Assembly: GCA_942493095.1 (NCBI GenBank)
Contig: OW818675.1
Coordinates: 1,470,001 to 1,502,000, forward strand
Source: Candidatus Electronema halotolerans
Lineage (GTDB): Bacteria; Desulfobacterota; Desulfobulbia; Desulfobulbales; Desulfobulbaceae
Direction of reading: 5' to 3'
Length of the DNA: 32,000 nucleotides
In this document: piece after piece, positions 6,464 to 16,043 of the stretch
Layout of the letters: every line of letters begins with the position of its first letter
How positions within the stretch are numbered: position 1 is the first letter of the stretch
Position numbers and translations under genes: made by a program
Notes under the pieces: model-generated
The model's database searches: none
What the model was told of the DNA's origin: nothing
What the model saw: the letters and a program-made list of their open reading frames with translations, nothing else

Positions 6464-9400
6464 TTAGAACTGGCCGTGCCCTTGCACGACAATCTTTACG
6501 CTGAAGCTGTACGGCTTGCGGGCAATACCGCTGCCGTCAGTCAGCGTCAGGGTGACAGTATAAGCACCCGGCTTCTGGAAAACGTGGCTGACCGCTTCGC
6601 CCTCAGCTTTGCTGCCGTCGCCGAAATCCCAATGGCATATCCAGCTGTCCTGATCAGCATACAAATCCGTGTAAAAGAGCACCTCATCTCTGGCCCCGCC
6701 GCTGAAGACCTGCTCCGGTTCGTGGAGAATTCGCAGCTCCGGCGGCGGCAGAACGGTAACGGCAATTTCTTTTTCAGCAGCAAGACAAGCTGGTTCCTCT
6801 GAGCTGCCGCTGATGCGCAGCCGGACTATGTACTTGCCCGGCTTGCTGTAACTGTGACGGAACGCCCCGCCCTCCAGCGTCTTGCCGTCGCCAGTATCCC
6901 AACTGAAGAGCGGCTGCACACTGCTTTCCTCCAAGAGCACCGGCGTGATGCGCAGCTCCTCGCCGACAAGCACGGTGAGCTGCTCCGGCAGAGCAAGCTC
7001 CGGCAGACTGAGCACCTGCACGGTCAGTGTCGGGCCGGGCTGGCCGTCCACCACAGTGTGGATTTCCCGCCTGCCGCTTTGCGTGAAGGTCATGCGCACC
7101 GCCCTGCCCTGCTCGTTCAGCCCATTGCCGAAATCCCAATGCACCTGCTCGGCCTCGCCGGTCATGGCGTATTGGACTTCCTGATTGACGCAGACCTGGT
7201 CCGGCCCGTCAATCTGCAAGGCTGGCTGGCCAATAACAAAGACGGGCAGCTCGGTCTGCGCCTTGCCGCAAGATAGATCAGCGTTGTCATCCTCCACGGT
7301 CAGGCGGACGGCATACTGGCCCGGCTCCTTAAAGCTGTGCTGAACAAACCAGCCTTCAGCCTGCTGACCATCGCCGAAATCCCAGCTTGCCTTGCTGACC
7401 GCTCCGTCCTCATCAATGCTCTCGGCAGCGGAGAAATGCAGCACGGTGTTGGGCAGCACAGCCTGCGGGGTTTCAAAGCTCATCGCCTTCCCAGCCGCGC
7501 TCCAGCGGATGCGGGGCACAGGCGGCTGATTGATCTTGATTTCCCGGCTGCTCTCCGAGCTGCTACAGACCGAGTTCTCCGGCTTGTCAGCCTTGAGACG
7601 GACAGTGTAACGCCCTGCCCTCTCATAGCTGTGCCCCGCTGAGACCCCGTTGCCAGTCGCGCCGTCGCCAAAATTCCAGCTATATCGGGCTGATTCCCCA
7701 TTAACCGCCGTTGACCCGGAAGCGTCAAAGGTCAGCTTCTCGCCGACGCAGCCGTCGCTGGCCTTGAAATCCGCCTGCGGCGCAGCCAGCACCCGCACCT
7801 TGCGTTCATCCTCAGCCTGATTGTTGCAGCGACTCAGCTCAGGGGTTGTCACGGTCAGTCTGGCCACATACAGACCCGGATCTTTGTAGATATGATTGGT
7901 CTTGGCCAGCACATCCGTGCTGCCGTCGCCAAAATTCCACGCATAGCCGATGATGGGCCGTTCGCCGCCGCTGGAGGCCGTGCCGTCAAAAGCTGCCGGC
8001 GCATTGCTGCACACCTCAATATACTCGCCAGCTCTCGCCACCGGCGCGGCAATGAGCTGAATGTTTTTCCGCGCCTGACCCGCGTTGCATTCCAGACCGG
8101 AATCATCGAGCACGGTCAGATTGATCGGATAATCGCCCGCCTTGTCATAAACCCGGATCGGATTTGACCCTTCCACCTGCTGGCCGTCGCCAAGGTCCCA
8201 GAGATAGCGCAGCGGCCCGCCCTCCGGGTCATTGGACAACGAGCCGTCAAAGAGGACATGCTCGCCGACGCAGAACAGCTCGCCGGCCGTACGGATCACC
8301 GCTTGCGGCGGATGATTGATCTGCACCGTAATCTGCTTGGCATCGCTGCTGTTGCCCAGCCCTGTCTGATCATCCACCCGCAGGCGCACCGGATAGAGAC
8401 CCGGCGCGGCAAACTGGTGGCTGACGGCCACGCCTTGGCCGCTGCTCTGATCGCCGAAATCCCAATGATAGGCCAGCGGGTCTTGGTCAGGGTCAATGCT
8501 GGCCGAGCCGTCAAATTGCACGAACTGTTCGCAGGTATGCACATCCTTGCCCGGTTCTGCTTTAGGCGGGAAATTGACGGCCACAGTCTGCCGGGCGGTG
8601 GAGGTGTCATTGGCTGCGCCGCTCTCATCCTGCACCGTCAGCACGGCCTGATAACGGCCCGGTTCAGCATAGACATGCTTGACCTGCCTGCCCTCGCCCT
8701 TGCCGCCGTCGCCGAAGTCCCAGCTGCAGGCAGCAATGCCGCCGTCCGCATCTGTTGAGCCGGAAGCATCAAGCAGGACTTCCTTGCCCGGCTCAACACG
8801 CGGCAGAGCCTGCATCCGGGCAACGGGCTGGCTATTGACGGTCACGGTCAGATAATCACTGTGGCTCGCGCCGTCGTTGTCAACAACGGTCAGGCCAACC
8901 TGATACTGGCCGGGCTGGTCAAACTGATGCGCAAACTTTGCTTCCGTATATTTTTTGTCCTCAACCTGCCACGTGAAAGAACTGATCGTGCCGTCCTGAT
9001 CTAAAGAACGGCTGCCGTCAAACTGCACGGTTTCGCCCGGAGCGATGAGCTGATCTGCTCCGGCATCAGCAACTGGTGGCGCATTGACCCGGATGGCCTG
9101 CTGCGCCGACTGCGTCGCGCTGGCCGTGCCGGAAGCATCGGTCACGCGGAGCTGCACCATATAGGTGCCGGGCAGCGGATAAACATGACTGACGTTCACG
9201 CCTTCAGCCTTGCCGCCGTCGCCGAAGTCCCACGTATAACCAATGATCTTGTCGTCCGCATCGCTGGACTTGGAGGCATCAAAGACGACTTGGCTGGTGT
9301 TGACAATCTCCGGCATGGTGATGACCGGCACCGGCGGTGCATTGATCCGCACGGTCTGTTCTGCGAACTGACTTGCATTGCCGACCCCGGAGTCATCCTT

Positions 9401-11263
9401 TGCCGTCAGCCGAACCGTGTACAGGCCGGGTTCTTTGTAGGCATGACTGACCTGCCCGCCCTGCCCTGCTGCCCCGTCGCCAAAATCCCACGTATATAAA
9501 CTGATGCCGCCGTCCGCATCACGGGACTTGTCCGCATTGAAGCTGACCGGGACATTGGCGGCAGCCACTGAGGCCGAGGCCGTGATGACCGGCACTGGGG
9601 CGGCATTGATTCTGATGCTGCCGAGCATCTCGCTGCTGCTGTTGCTGAGGCCGGAGTCATCCTCAATTTGCAGCCGGATGCTATAGAGACCGGGCTGCTG
9701 CCACGCATGCTTGACCGTCTCACCCCTGCCCTGCTCGCCTTTTTCGCCGAAATTCCATCTGTAGGCCGTGATCGTGCCGTCACTGTCCAAGGACTGGCCC
9801 GCATCCAGCATCACTTCCTCGCCCGGCGCAGCCACCCGCTTGAACGTGAATTTCGCCAATGGCGCGGCATTGATCAAAATGCTGTGCTTGGCCTGATCAG
9901 TCGTGCAGAGACCCGGCCCGTCGTCCTCCACGATGAGCCGCACCTGATAGAGGCCGGGGCGGGCAAAGCTGTGCTCAATGGCCGGGCCGTTGTCTTCCCG
10001 GTCTTTGTCAAAAATCCAGCGGTAACGGATGAGTCTGCCGTCGGCATCTGCGGATGCGCTGCCGTCAAAGCGCACTTTTTCACCGGGAGCAGCACTGGCC
10101 GGGGCGGCAATCTGCGCCTTGGGCGGGGCATTGATGGTTATCGGCACTTCCACGCCCGCCTGATTGGCGACAAAGCCGGAGTCGTCCCGCACGGTCAGCT
10201 TGGCCGTGTATTTGCCCGGCTCTTGAAAATCATGAGTGATGCGGCTGCCGGTCGCGGTGCTGCCGTCGGCAAATTGCCATTCAAACTGGAGCTGGTCATC
10301 ATCCTGATCAACCGTGCCAGAGGCATCGAGCACGGCGGTATTGCAGGCGGACAACGGCGTGACCGTGACTTTCGGCTCCGGTATATGGTTGGCAGGAGCA
10401 AGAAAGGGCGGCAGCTCCAACGGAATTTCCCGGCCCTGATCATCCTCCAGCCAGAGCTGGACATAATTCACCTTGGCCGAGGAGAGCAGCACGGCAACAG
10501 TCTGGCCTTTTTCCTCGTTAAGGAGAGTGATCTTGGCGAAATCCGTGCTCTTGTCCTCCGAGCTTTTGAGTGCCACCTTTGGCCGCGCTGGCGAGGAAAA
10601 AGAGATGCGACCGCCGAAATTAGCAGTGTCAGCGTCAAAATTGGTGATTTTAAACGATTGACTTGCGGCTGGAATCGTGAAACGGATTTCTGTGTTCAAA
10701 GCCGAAGCATCCGGCACCTGCACATTCACTGCCGGAGCATAAAGGCGAAGACCGGGAACAGCCGTGTTCTTCTTTTCATCCGCTGAGATGAAGAGCTGAA
10801 ACTTGTTGCTGCCCGGGCCGGAAATGCCGTCAACCACGAGCTGAAAGAGAATCCTCCCGTCCGGGAGCCTGCCGTCCGCAGGGTTCAGAGCGGCAATAGT
10901 CCGCCAGCGGCTGTCGTAGAACGAGTTTTCGCCCAGCTCCAATGAGGCCAGCGGCGAAGCTTGGGGCAACGGCTCATCAATTTTGCGCAGATTCTGCTTG
11001 ATGGCTTGGCCGCCATAGACCAGATAGCGCACCTTGGAATTGTTATAATCAAGATCAAGCGTGCCGCCGAAATCAGCATCAAAAATGCGGACAAAAAGTT
11101 TGTCCGCAGAGCTGACATCGACTGAAAAATAAAAGACAAACCGCTGAAAATTCTCCTCAGTGACTTCCGGGCCAGTGGTGATGAGGAAATTCTGCTTTTC
11201 CGCTGCCATGACATTGCCTGCGGAGAGCAGCAGAAAAAGAAGGAGGGCGGCAATATAACGCAT
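6464..11263 (-). CDS. Giant exported protein with about 15 tandem PKD-like domains
   Basis: Signal peptide 'MRYIAALLLFLLLSAGNVMAAEK' (ATG at 11263; upstream in-frame start at 11302 also possible). Recurrent 'Y.WDFGDG....G..V.H.Y..PG.Y.V.L.V.D.SG' modules separated by 'NAPP' linkers. Confidence 0.93.
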   Translation of the reverse strand: MRYIAALLLFLLLSAGNVMAAEKQNFLITTGPEVTEENFQRFVFYFSVDVSSADKLFVRIFDADFGGTLDLDYNNSKVRYLVYGGQAIKQNLRKIDEPLPQASPLASLELGENSFYDSRWRTIAALNPADGRLPDGRILFQLVVDGISGPGSNKFQLFISADEKKNTAVPGLRLYAPAVNVQVPDASALNTEIRFTIPAASQSFKITNFDADTANFGGRISFSSPARPKVALKSSEDKSTDFAKITLLNEEKGQTVAVLLSSAKVNYVQLWLEDDQGREIPLELPPFLAPANHIPEPKVTVTPLSACNTAVLDASGTVDQDDDQLQFEWQFADGSTATGSRITHDFQEPGKYTAKLTVRDDSGFVANQAGVEVPITINAPPKAQIAAPASAAPGEKVRFDGSASADADGRLIRYRWIFDKDREDNGPAIEHSFARPGLYQVRLIVEDDGPGLCTTDQAKHSILINAAPLAKFTFKRVAAPGEEVMLDAGQSLDSDGTITAYRWNFGEKGEQGRGETVKHAWQQPGLYSIRLQIEDDSGLSNSSSEMLGSIRINAAPVPVITASASVAAANVPVSFNADKSRDADGGISLYTWDFGDGAAGQGGQVSHAYKEPGLYTVRLTAKDDSGVGNASQFAEQTVRINAPPVPVITMPEIVNTSQVVFDASKSSDADDKIIGYTWDFGDGGKAEGVNVSHVYPLPGTYMVQLRVTDASGTASATQSAQQAIRVNAPPVADAGADQLIAPGETVQFDGSRSLDQDGTISSFTWQVEDKKYTEAKFAHQFDQPGQYQVGLTVVDNDGASHSDYLTVTVNSQPVARMQALPRVEPGKEVLLDASGSTDADGGIAACSWDFGDGGKGEGRQVKHVYAEPGRYQAVLTVQDESGAANDTSTARQTVAVNFPPKAEPGKDVHTCEQFVQFDGSASIDPDQDPLAYHWDFGDQSSGQGVAVSHQFAAPGLYPVRLRVDDQTGLGNSSDAKQITVQINHPPQAVIRTAGELFCVGEHVLFDGSLSNDPEGGPLRYLWDLGDGQQVEGSNPIRVYDKAGDYPINLTVLDDSGLECNAGQARKNIQLIAAPVARAGEYIEVCSNAPAAFDGTASSGGERPIIGYAWNFGDGSTDVLAKTNHIYKDPGLYVARLTVTTPELSRCNNQAEDERKVRVLAAPQADFKASDGCVGEKLTFDASGSTAVNGESARYSWNFGDGATGNGVSAGHSYERAGRYTVRLKADKPENSVCSSSESSREIKINQPPVPRIRWSAAGKAMSFETPQAVLPNTVLHFSAAESIDEDGAVSKASWDFGDGQQAEGWFVQHSFKEPGQYAVRLTVEDDNADLSCGKAQTELPVFVIGQPALQIDGPDQVCVNQEVQYAMTGEAEQVHWDFGNGLNEQGRAVRMTFTQSGRREIHTVVDGQPGPTLTVQVLSLPELALPEQLTVLVGEELRITPVLLEESSVQPLFSWDTGDGKTLEGGAFRHSYSKPGKYIVRLRISGSSEEPACLAAEKEIAVTVLPPPELRILHEPEQVFSGGARDEVLFYTDLYADQDSWICHWDFGDGSKAEGEAVSHVFQKPGAYTVTLTLTDGSGIARKPYSFSVKIVVQGHGQF

Positions 11264-11324
11264 AATTGATCTAACAGCGGTTGGAATGCTTTGGTGAAAC
11301 ATCCGCAGCCCAGGGTGAGATGCG

Positions 11325-13442
11325 TCAGTCTTGGAGTTGCTTCTCCGTCTTTTTGGCGGTATGGACCACCAAGGCCGGTTTGCCGCAGTTGTGCAGGACT
11401 GCGTCCGCCAAGGTGCCGAACAGCCTGCGCTGCAAACCAGAGACCCGGTCGGCGGTCATGATGATCAGGTCGTGCTCCTCTGCTTCCCGGAGCACGGATT
11501 CCAGCCGGGAATCGGTGATCTCGGCTACAGAGCGGGGCTTTTCCAGTCCGTAAAAACGGGCGGACACCCATGCTTCCAGAGCCTGCGCCGCTTCGGCCTC
11601 CTCATCAAGGGAACTGTCCGCAGGCAGGAGATGCTGAAAGGTCAGCTTGGAGCCGCAGGCCGCCGTCATCGCCTCCAGCACCGGACGCAGGCTGTCTAAT
11701 TCCTGCGGATGGATGAACGGCACTAAGATGCGCTGACAGATCATGGAGCCGACAAAGCGCACCGCAATCACCGGACAGGAGACCGTGTCCGTGATCCGTT
11801 CCATCATCTTGTGAAATTTGAGCGGATTGCGGCTGACCGGATAGCCGATCACCAAAGCGACCGCCTGATGCTCCTGCGCTGCCGCTGCCAAGGCCACGTC
11901 GATCTTGTCCGCATGAATGAGCTTGGTCTGGAGCTGATAGCCCAGCATCCTCGCCTCGTCAATCTCAGGAAAGCAGAGGTTTTCCTGCTCTTCACAGACC
12001 AATCCTGGGGCTACAGGTGAAATCACCCGCACGGACAGGGGCTGCGCGCCGAGATGATCAGCAAGAATGGTTGCCGCTCTGGTCAGGGCGCGGACTGTGG
12101 CAAAATGGGCCGCCCCGATCAGAACCGTGCCTGTCGGGTTGGCATTGGGATGAAGCTGCTGCTTGGTCCACGGCTCCAACCTGAGACGGCTGCGCTTGTG
12201 TTTTTTGCCGAACAGGGCGGCTATGCCGGAAGCCTCATCCTCCGCCTGCTTCTTTATTTCTCCGGCCTTGTTCAGGGTGATGCCGACCAGCAGCGGGCCG
12301 AAAATCTCGGAGAGCATCACCCCGGCCAGGACCACGGGCGTGACAATGTCAGCCCATTGCGAGAGGCTGGCATCCGCGCTGACCAGAAAGACAAAACCAA
12401 TGGCCATGCCAGCTTGAGGAATAAAGGCCAGGCCGAGATAGTTGCGCACCATGCTCTCTGCCCCGGCCAGCCAAGCTCCGAGCCAGCTGCCGCAGTATTT
12501 GCCGATCATCCGGGCAAGGAAATAGACCAGTCCCAGCCAGCCTGCGGCCATCAGGGCCGAGAGATTGAGATGCGCTCCGGCCAAGGTGAAGAAGAGCACG
12601 TAAATCGGCGGCTCAAAGCCGTTGATGATCCGAAAGAGCCGCACATCCCGCTCGGCATTGTTGATGATGATGAAGCCGACCGCCATGCCGACCAAGAGCG
12701 GGGAAAGTCCTGCCAGCCGGGACAATTCGCCGGCAAGCAGGAGCAGAGCCAAGCCAGCGGTGAGCATCTCGCCCTGGCTGCGCAGCTTGTCAAGAATTTT
12801 GTCCAAGAGCAGACCTGCGCTGATGCCGACCGCAAGTGAGCCGCCAGTCTCATAGAGGCACAGCAGCAGCCCTTGGCCTGGCCCGGCCAAATTGCGGGCA
12901 GCGGACAGGGCCATGCCAAAGATCATGATGGCCAGCGCGTCGCCGACCGCCACTGAGGCCATCAGGGTGGAGGTCAGCGGGCCGCGTGCGCCCAGCTCCT
13001 GGACCACGTGCAGCAGGGTGGCCGGGGCATTGGCGGCGGCAATCGCGCCAAGGAGCAGGGCCAAGGTGAATTGGCTGCTGCTGTCCGCAGTTCCGGGCAG
13101 CAGGCGGAGCGTGGCAAAGACTGCGCCTGTGACCAAGGCAAAGGCGGCGACAGACTGGACAGCGGCAATCCAGAGCACGGTGCGCTCCATGCCTTTGAGG
13201 CGGCGCAGCTCCACGTGCTCGCCAATGCCAAAGGCGATCAGCATCAGGGCGATGCTGGTGAAATGATCAAGCTGATGGCCCATCAGGTCATCAGTGACTA
13301 AGCCGAGACCTGACTCGCCCAGCAGCAGGCCCGCAAGAATGAAGCCGGTCACAGAGGGCATACGAAAAAGCTGGGCCAGCTTGGCGGCGGCCAGTCCTGC
13401 GGCCAGCAGAACGGCTATGCCGAGGGCGGCATCATGGATCAT
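11325..13442 (-). CDS. CPA2-family cation:proton antiporter with C-terminal universal-stress-protein-like domain
   Basis: 'GIAVLLAAGLAAAKLAQLFRMPSVTGFILAGLLLGESGLGL' plus many TM segments; the C-terminal ~250 aa is USP-like ('HNCGKPALVVHT'). Confidence 0.88.
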   Translation of the reverse strand: MIHDAALGIAVLLAAGLAAAKLAQLFRMPSVTGFILAGLLLGESGLGLVTDDLMGHQLDHFTSIALMLIAFGIGEHVELRRLKGMERTVLWIAAVQSVAAFALVTGAVFATLRLLPGTADSSSQFTLALLLGAIAAANAPATLLHVVQELGARGPLTSTLMASVAVGDALAIMIFGMALSAARNLAGPGQGLLLCLYETGGSLAVGISAGLLLDKILDKLRSQGEMLTAGLALLLLAGELSRLAGLSPLLVGMAVGFIIINNAERDVRLFRIINGFEPPIYVLFFTLAGAHLNLSALMAAGWLGLVYFLARMIGKYCGSWLGAWLAGAESMVRNYLGLAFIPQAGMAIGFVFLVSADASLSQWADIVTPVVLAGVMLSEIFGPLLVGITLNKAGEIKKQAEDEASGIAALFGKKHKRSRLRLEPWTKQQLHPNANPTGTVLIGAAHFATVRALTRAATILADHLGAQPLSVRVISPVAPGLVCEEQENLCFPEIDEARMLGYQLQTKLIHADKIDVALAAAAQEHQAVALVIGYPVSRNPLKFHKMMERITDTVSCPVIAVRFVGSMICQRILVPFIHPQELDSLRPVLEAMTAACGSKLTFQHLLPADSSLDEEAEAAQALEAWVSARFYGLEKPRSVAEITDSRLESVLREAEEHDLIIMTADRVSGLQRRLFGTLADAVLHNCGKPALVVHTAKKTEKQLQD

Positions 13443-13785
13443 GAGGTCAGTTTTGTTATGCTCTGGAAAGGGGAAACGGTCTGTTGGTCAAAGAGATTGT
13501 ACCCCAGCTGACTCGTTTTGCTCAAGGGCAAGATGGCCTGGCCGCCGCCTGTTTTTTCCGCTGACCTGCTCCGGGGCTGCGGGACAAGATGTTGCCTCCA
13601 CGCTGCCGTATTACCTAACTGGCAGCAATCACTGTTCATCCAGTTCAAGCCAAGGCGTGACTCCTCACGAGGAGAGATCATCGGCACATTGCCGTGAATT
13701 CTTTTTTCTCTTGACAATCGTTCTTTTTTTTCAGAGGATTACGGACATGCAGAAAGATCAATTTTTATCTTCAAGGAGGATTCTT

Positions 13786-14154
13786 GTGAAAATCAACCAG
13801 TTCTGCTGTGTTTCGGCCCTGACCGCAGCCGTTTTGCTCACCGGTTTGACCTCAGCGGATGCCGAGACCTTTTCCGGCACGGTGCTTGCCCTGACCAAAG
13901 GCAACAAAGCGACCGTTATTGAAATTGCTCCAGAGCGTGCCGGAAATCCGCCTTCATACCGCTGCACCGTCTCCACCGAGTTCCAAGAAATTGCGGACAT
14001 GCTGATGCAGACTATGAAGACCAAAGACTCTGTCATCGTCACCAGTTCAGACAACTGCAAGGCGACAGGAATGCTGCGCGACTGCGGCAGCGTGGTCACA
14101 GTTGAGATCATCAGAAAGAAAATAACGCCTCAGTCGCAAGGGATGAGGTATTGA
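13786..14154 (+). CDS. Small exported protein of unknown function
   Basis: GTG at 13786 with SD AAGGAGGA at 13773-13780; signal peptide-like 'KINQFCCVSALTAAVLLTGLTSADA', mature ~95 aa. Confidence 0.7.
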   Translation: MKINQFCCVSALTAAVLLTGLTSADAETFSGTVLALTKGNKATVIEIAPERAGNPPSYRCTVSTEFQEIADMLMQTMKTKDSVIVTSSDNCKATGMLRDCGSVVTVEIIRKKITPQSQGMRY

Positions 14155-14304
14155 TATATACTGTTTGTCAGCCGCGCCTCGCCTCAAAGGGCGGGGCCTT
14201 GCTGAAGAGCACGTTGCTGTCACGCCGCAGGCACCGGAGTGCCAGACCCGCATCACGTCGTTTTTCTGTGCGGCAATTTTTTCTTTCTCAGGAGAACTCA
14301 ATTC

Positions 14305-15366
14305 ATGGCGATCTTAGACAAGGTGTTCAAAGCGGCGGTTGATCTCAAGGCATCTGACATCCATGTCCTGCCGGGTGAGCCGTTCATGGTCCGGCGGCTG
14401 GGCAAGATGATCCGGCTGAAAAGCCAGCCCCTCACCGACGCGAGCTGCCGCAAGGTGATCATGGAAATTCTCAGCCCGGAGCAGCAGCGCACCCTGCGCG
14501 AGCAGCTCCAGATAGATTTTGCCTACGAGATTCAAGGGCTGGGCCGCTTCCGGGGCAGCGCGATGTTTCACAACAACGGCCTGAGCTGCATTTTCCGGGC
14601 CATTCCCGGCAAGATTCCCTCGTTCAAGGAACTGGGCATCCCGGATGTGATGTACAAAATCTTGGAAAACCACCAAGGCATCATCTTGGTCACTGGCGCG
14701 ACCGGGCACGGCAAGACCACCACGCTCGCTTCAATGGTGGATTATATCAACAGCAACCACGCTCACCATGTTCTGACCGTTGAAGACCCGATTGAGTTTG
14801 TCCATCCGCTCAAGAAAGGAGCGATCAATCAGCGGCAGCTTGGCAAGGACACCATGTCATACGCGAATGCCCTCAAAGGCGCGCTGCGCCAGGACCCGGA
14901 TGTGATTGTCATCGGCGAGCTGCGCGATTTGGATACCATATCGCTGGCCATTTCCGCCTCTGAGACCGGCCACTTGGTCATCGGCACCCTTTCGACCTCC
15001 AGCGCGCCCAAAACGGTTGACCGGGTTATTGACTCCTATCCGGCAGGCGAGCAGAACCAAGTCCGGGCCATGCTCAGTGAGTCGCTGAAAGCGGTCTTCA
15101 CCCAGCGGCTCCTGCCCGGTGCGGACGGCACAGCCATGCACTTGGCTGTGGAGATCATGATCGGCAACCTGTCCATTGCCAATCTGATCAAGGACAACAA
15201 GACCTTCCAGATTCGCTCCACCATGCAGATGGGCCGGGCCGTGGGCATGAAGCTGATGGACGAATCAATCATCGAGATGCTTCAAGCAGGCAAAATCACC
15301 TACGATACTGCCAAGGCCAATATTGACAAGAAAGAGCTGCTCAGGCCCTTTGCCCCTAAAGCGTGA
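14305..15366 (+). CDS. pilT: PilT-like twitching motility / retraction ATPase
   Basis: 'VTGATGHGKTTTLASMVDYIN', 'TVEDPIEFVHPLKKGAINQRQLGKDTMSYANALKGALRQDPDVIVIGELRD', 'AIANLIKDNKTFQI'-type C-terminal region; SD GGAGAA. Confidence 0.9.
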   Translation: MAILDKVFKAAVDLKASDIHVLPGEPFMVRRLGKMIRLKSQPLTDASCRKVIMEILSPEQQRTLREQLQIDFAYEIQGLGRFRGSAMFHNNGLSCIFRAIPGKIPSFKELGIPDVMYKILENHQGIILVTGATGHGKTTTLASMVDYINSNHAHHVLTVEDPIEFVHPLKKGAINQRQLGKDTMSYANALKGALRQDPDVIVIGELRDLDTISLAISASETGHLVIGTLSTSSAPKTVDRVIDSYPAGEQNQVRAMLSESLKAVFTQRLLPGADGTAMHLAVEIMIGNLSIANLIKDNKTFQIRSTMQMGRAVGMKLMDESIIEMLQAGKITYDTAKANIDKKELLRPFAPKA

Positions 15367-15371
15367 CTGCC

Positions 15372-16043
15372 ATGAAAAGAAAAATCATCGCCATCAATGA
15401 AGAGCTTTGCACTGGCTGCGGCGACTGCATCCCCAACTGCGCGGAAGGCTCGCTGCGGATCGTTGACGGCAAGGCCAAATTAGTGGCAGACAATCTCTGC
15501 GACGGCTTGGGAGCCTGTCTTGGTCATTGCCCGACTGGGGCCTTGTCAGTGATTGAACGGGAGGCGGATGCCTTTGATGAGGAGGCTGTGGAGCAATTCT
15601 TGGCAGAGGAAGGGGAGAAGGAGCCAAGCACCTGTCCTTCCGCGCAGGCGAAAACAGGCTCGTGCGAGAGCGCGAATTGGCCGGTGCAGATTCGGCTCGT
15701 CCCTCCTGCCGCGCCGTTTTTGGAAAACTGCGACCTGCTCATTGCTGCTGACTGCACGGCTGTTGCCTGTCCAAGCTTGCAGCAGGATTTCATCCAAGGC
15801 CGCAAAGTGATGATGGGCTGTCCCAAGTTTGATGACCAGCAGCTCTATGTTGACCGCTTCACCGAGCTGTTCAAAACCAGAAAACTGAACAGCGTCACCA
15901 TGCTGATCATGGAGGTGCCCTGCTGCGCGGCCATGCTGCAAATTGTCCGCAGAGCGCACAGCCAAGCTGGTGCCACGGTGCCGGTGCGGCAGGTGGTGAT
16001 TTCCACCCAAGGCGCAGTTCTCGACACGCAGAATTGGCTCTGA
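15372..16043 (+). CDS. Iron-sulfur protein with two 4Fe-4S ferredoxin motifs
   Basis: 'CTGCGDCIPNC' and 'CDGLGACLGHC', further Cys residues toward the C-terminus. Confidence 0.88.
   Translation: MKRKIIAINEELCTGCGDCIPNCAEGSLRIVDGKAKLVADNLCDGLGACLGHCPTGALSVIEREADAFDEEAVEQFLAEEGEKEPSTCPSAQAKTGSCESANWPVQIRLVPPAAPFLENCDLLIAADCTAVACPSLQQDFIQGRKVMMGCPKFDDQQLYVDRFTELFKTRKLNSVTMLIMEVPCCAAMLQIVRRAHSQAGATVPVRQVVISTQGAVLDTQNWL

Noticed and set aside
9668-10786. 372-aa plus-strand ORF antisense to the PKD gene
   Set aside because: Shadow ORF generated by codon bias opposite a strongly supported minus-strand gene; no recognisable motifs.
13711-13740. Sigma-70 promoter (TTGACA at 13711) before the small exported protein
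   Set aside because: The -35-like hexamer is perfect but no convincing -10 exists at 16-18 nt spacing; not called.
13294-13785. N-terminal extension of the ORF ending at 14154
   Set aside because: A good SD (AAGGAGGA) directly precedes GTG 13786 and a signal peptide starts there; the upstream part reads through antisense antiporter sequence and intergenic DNA.
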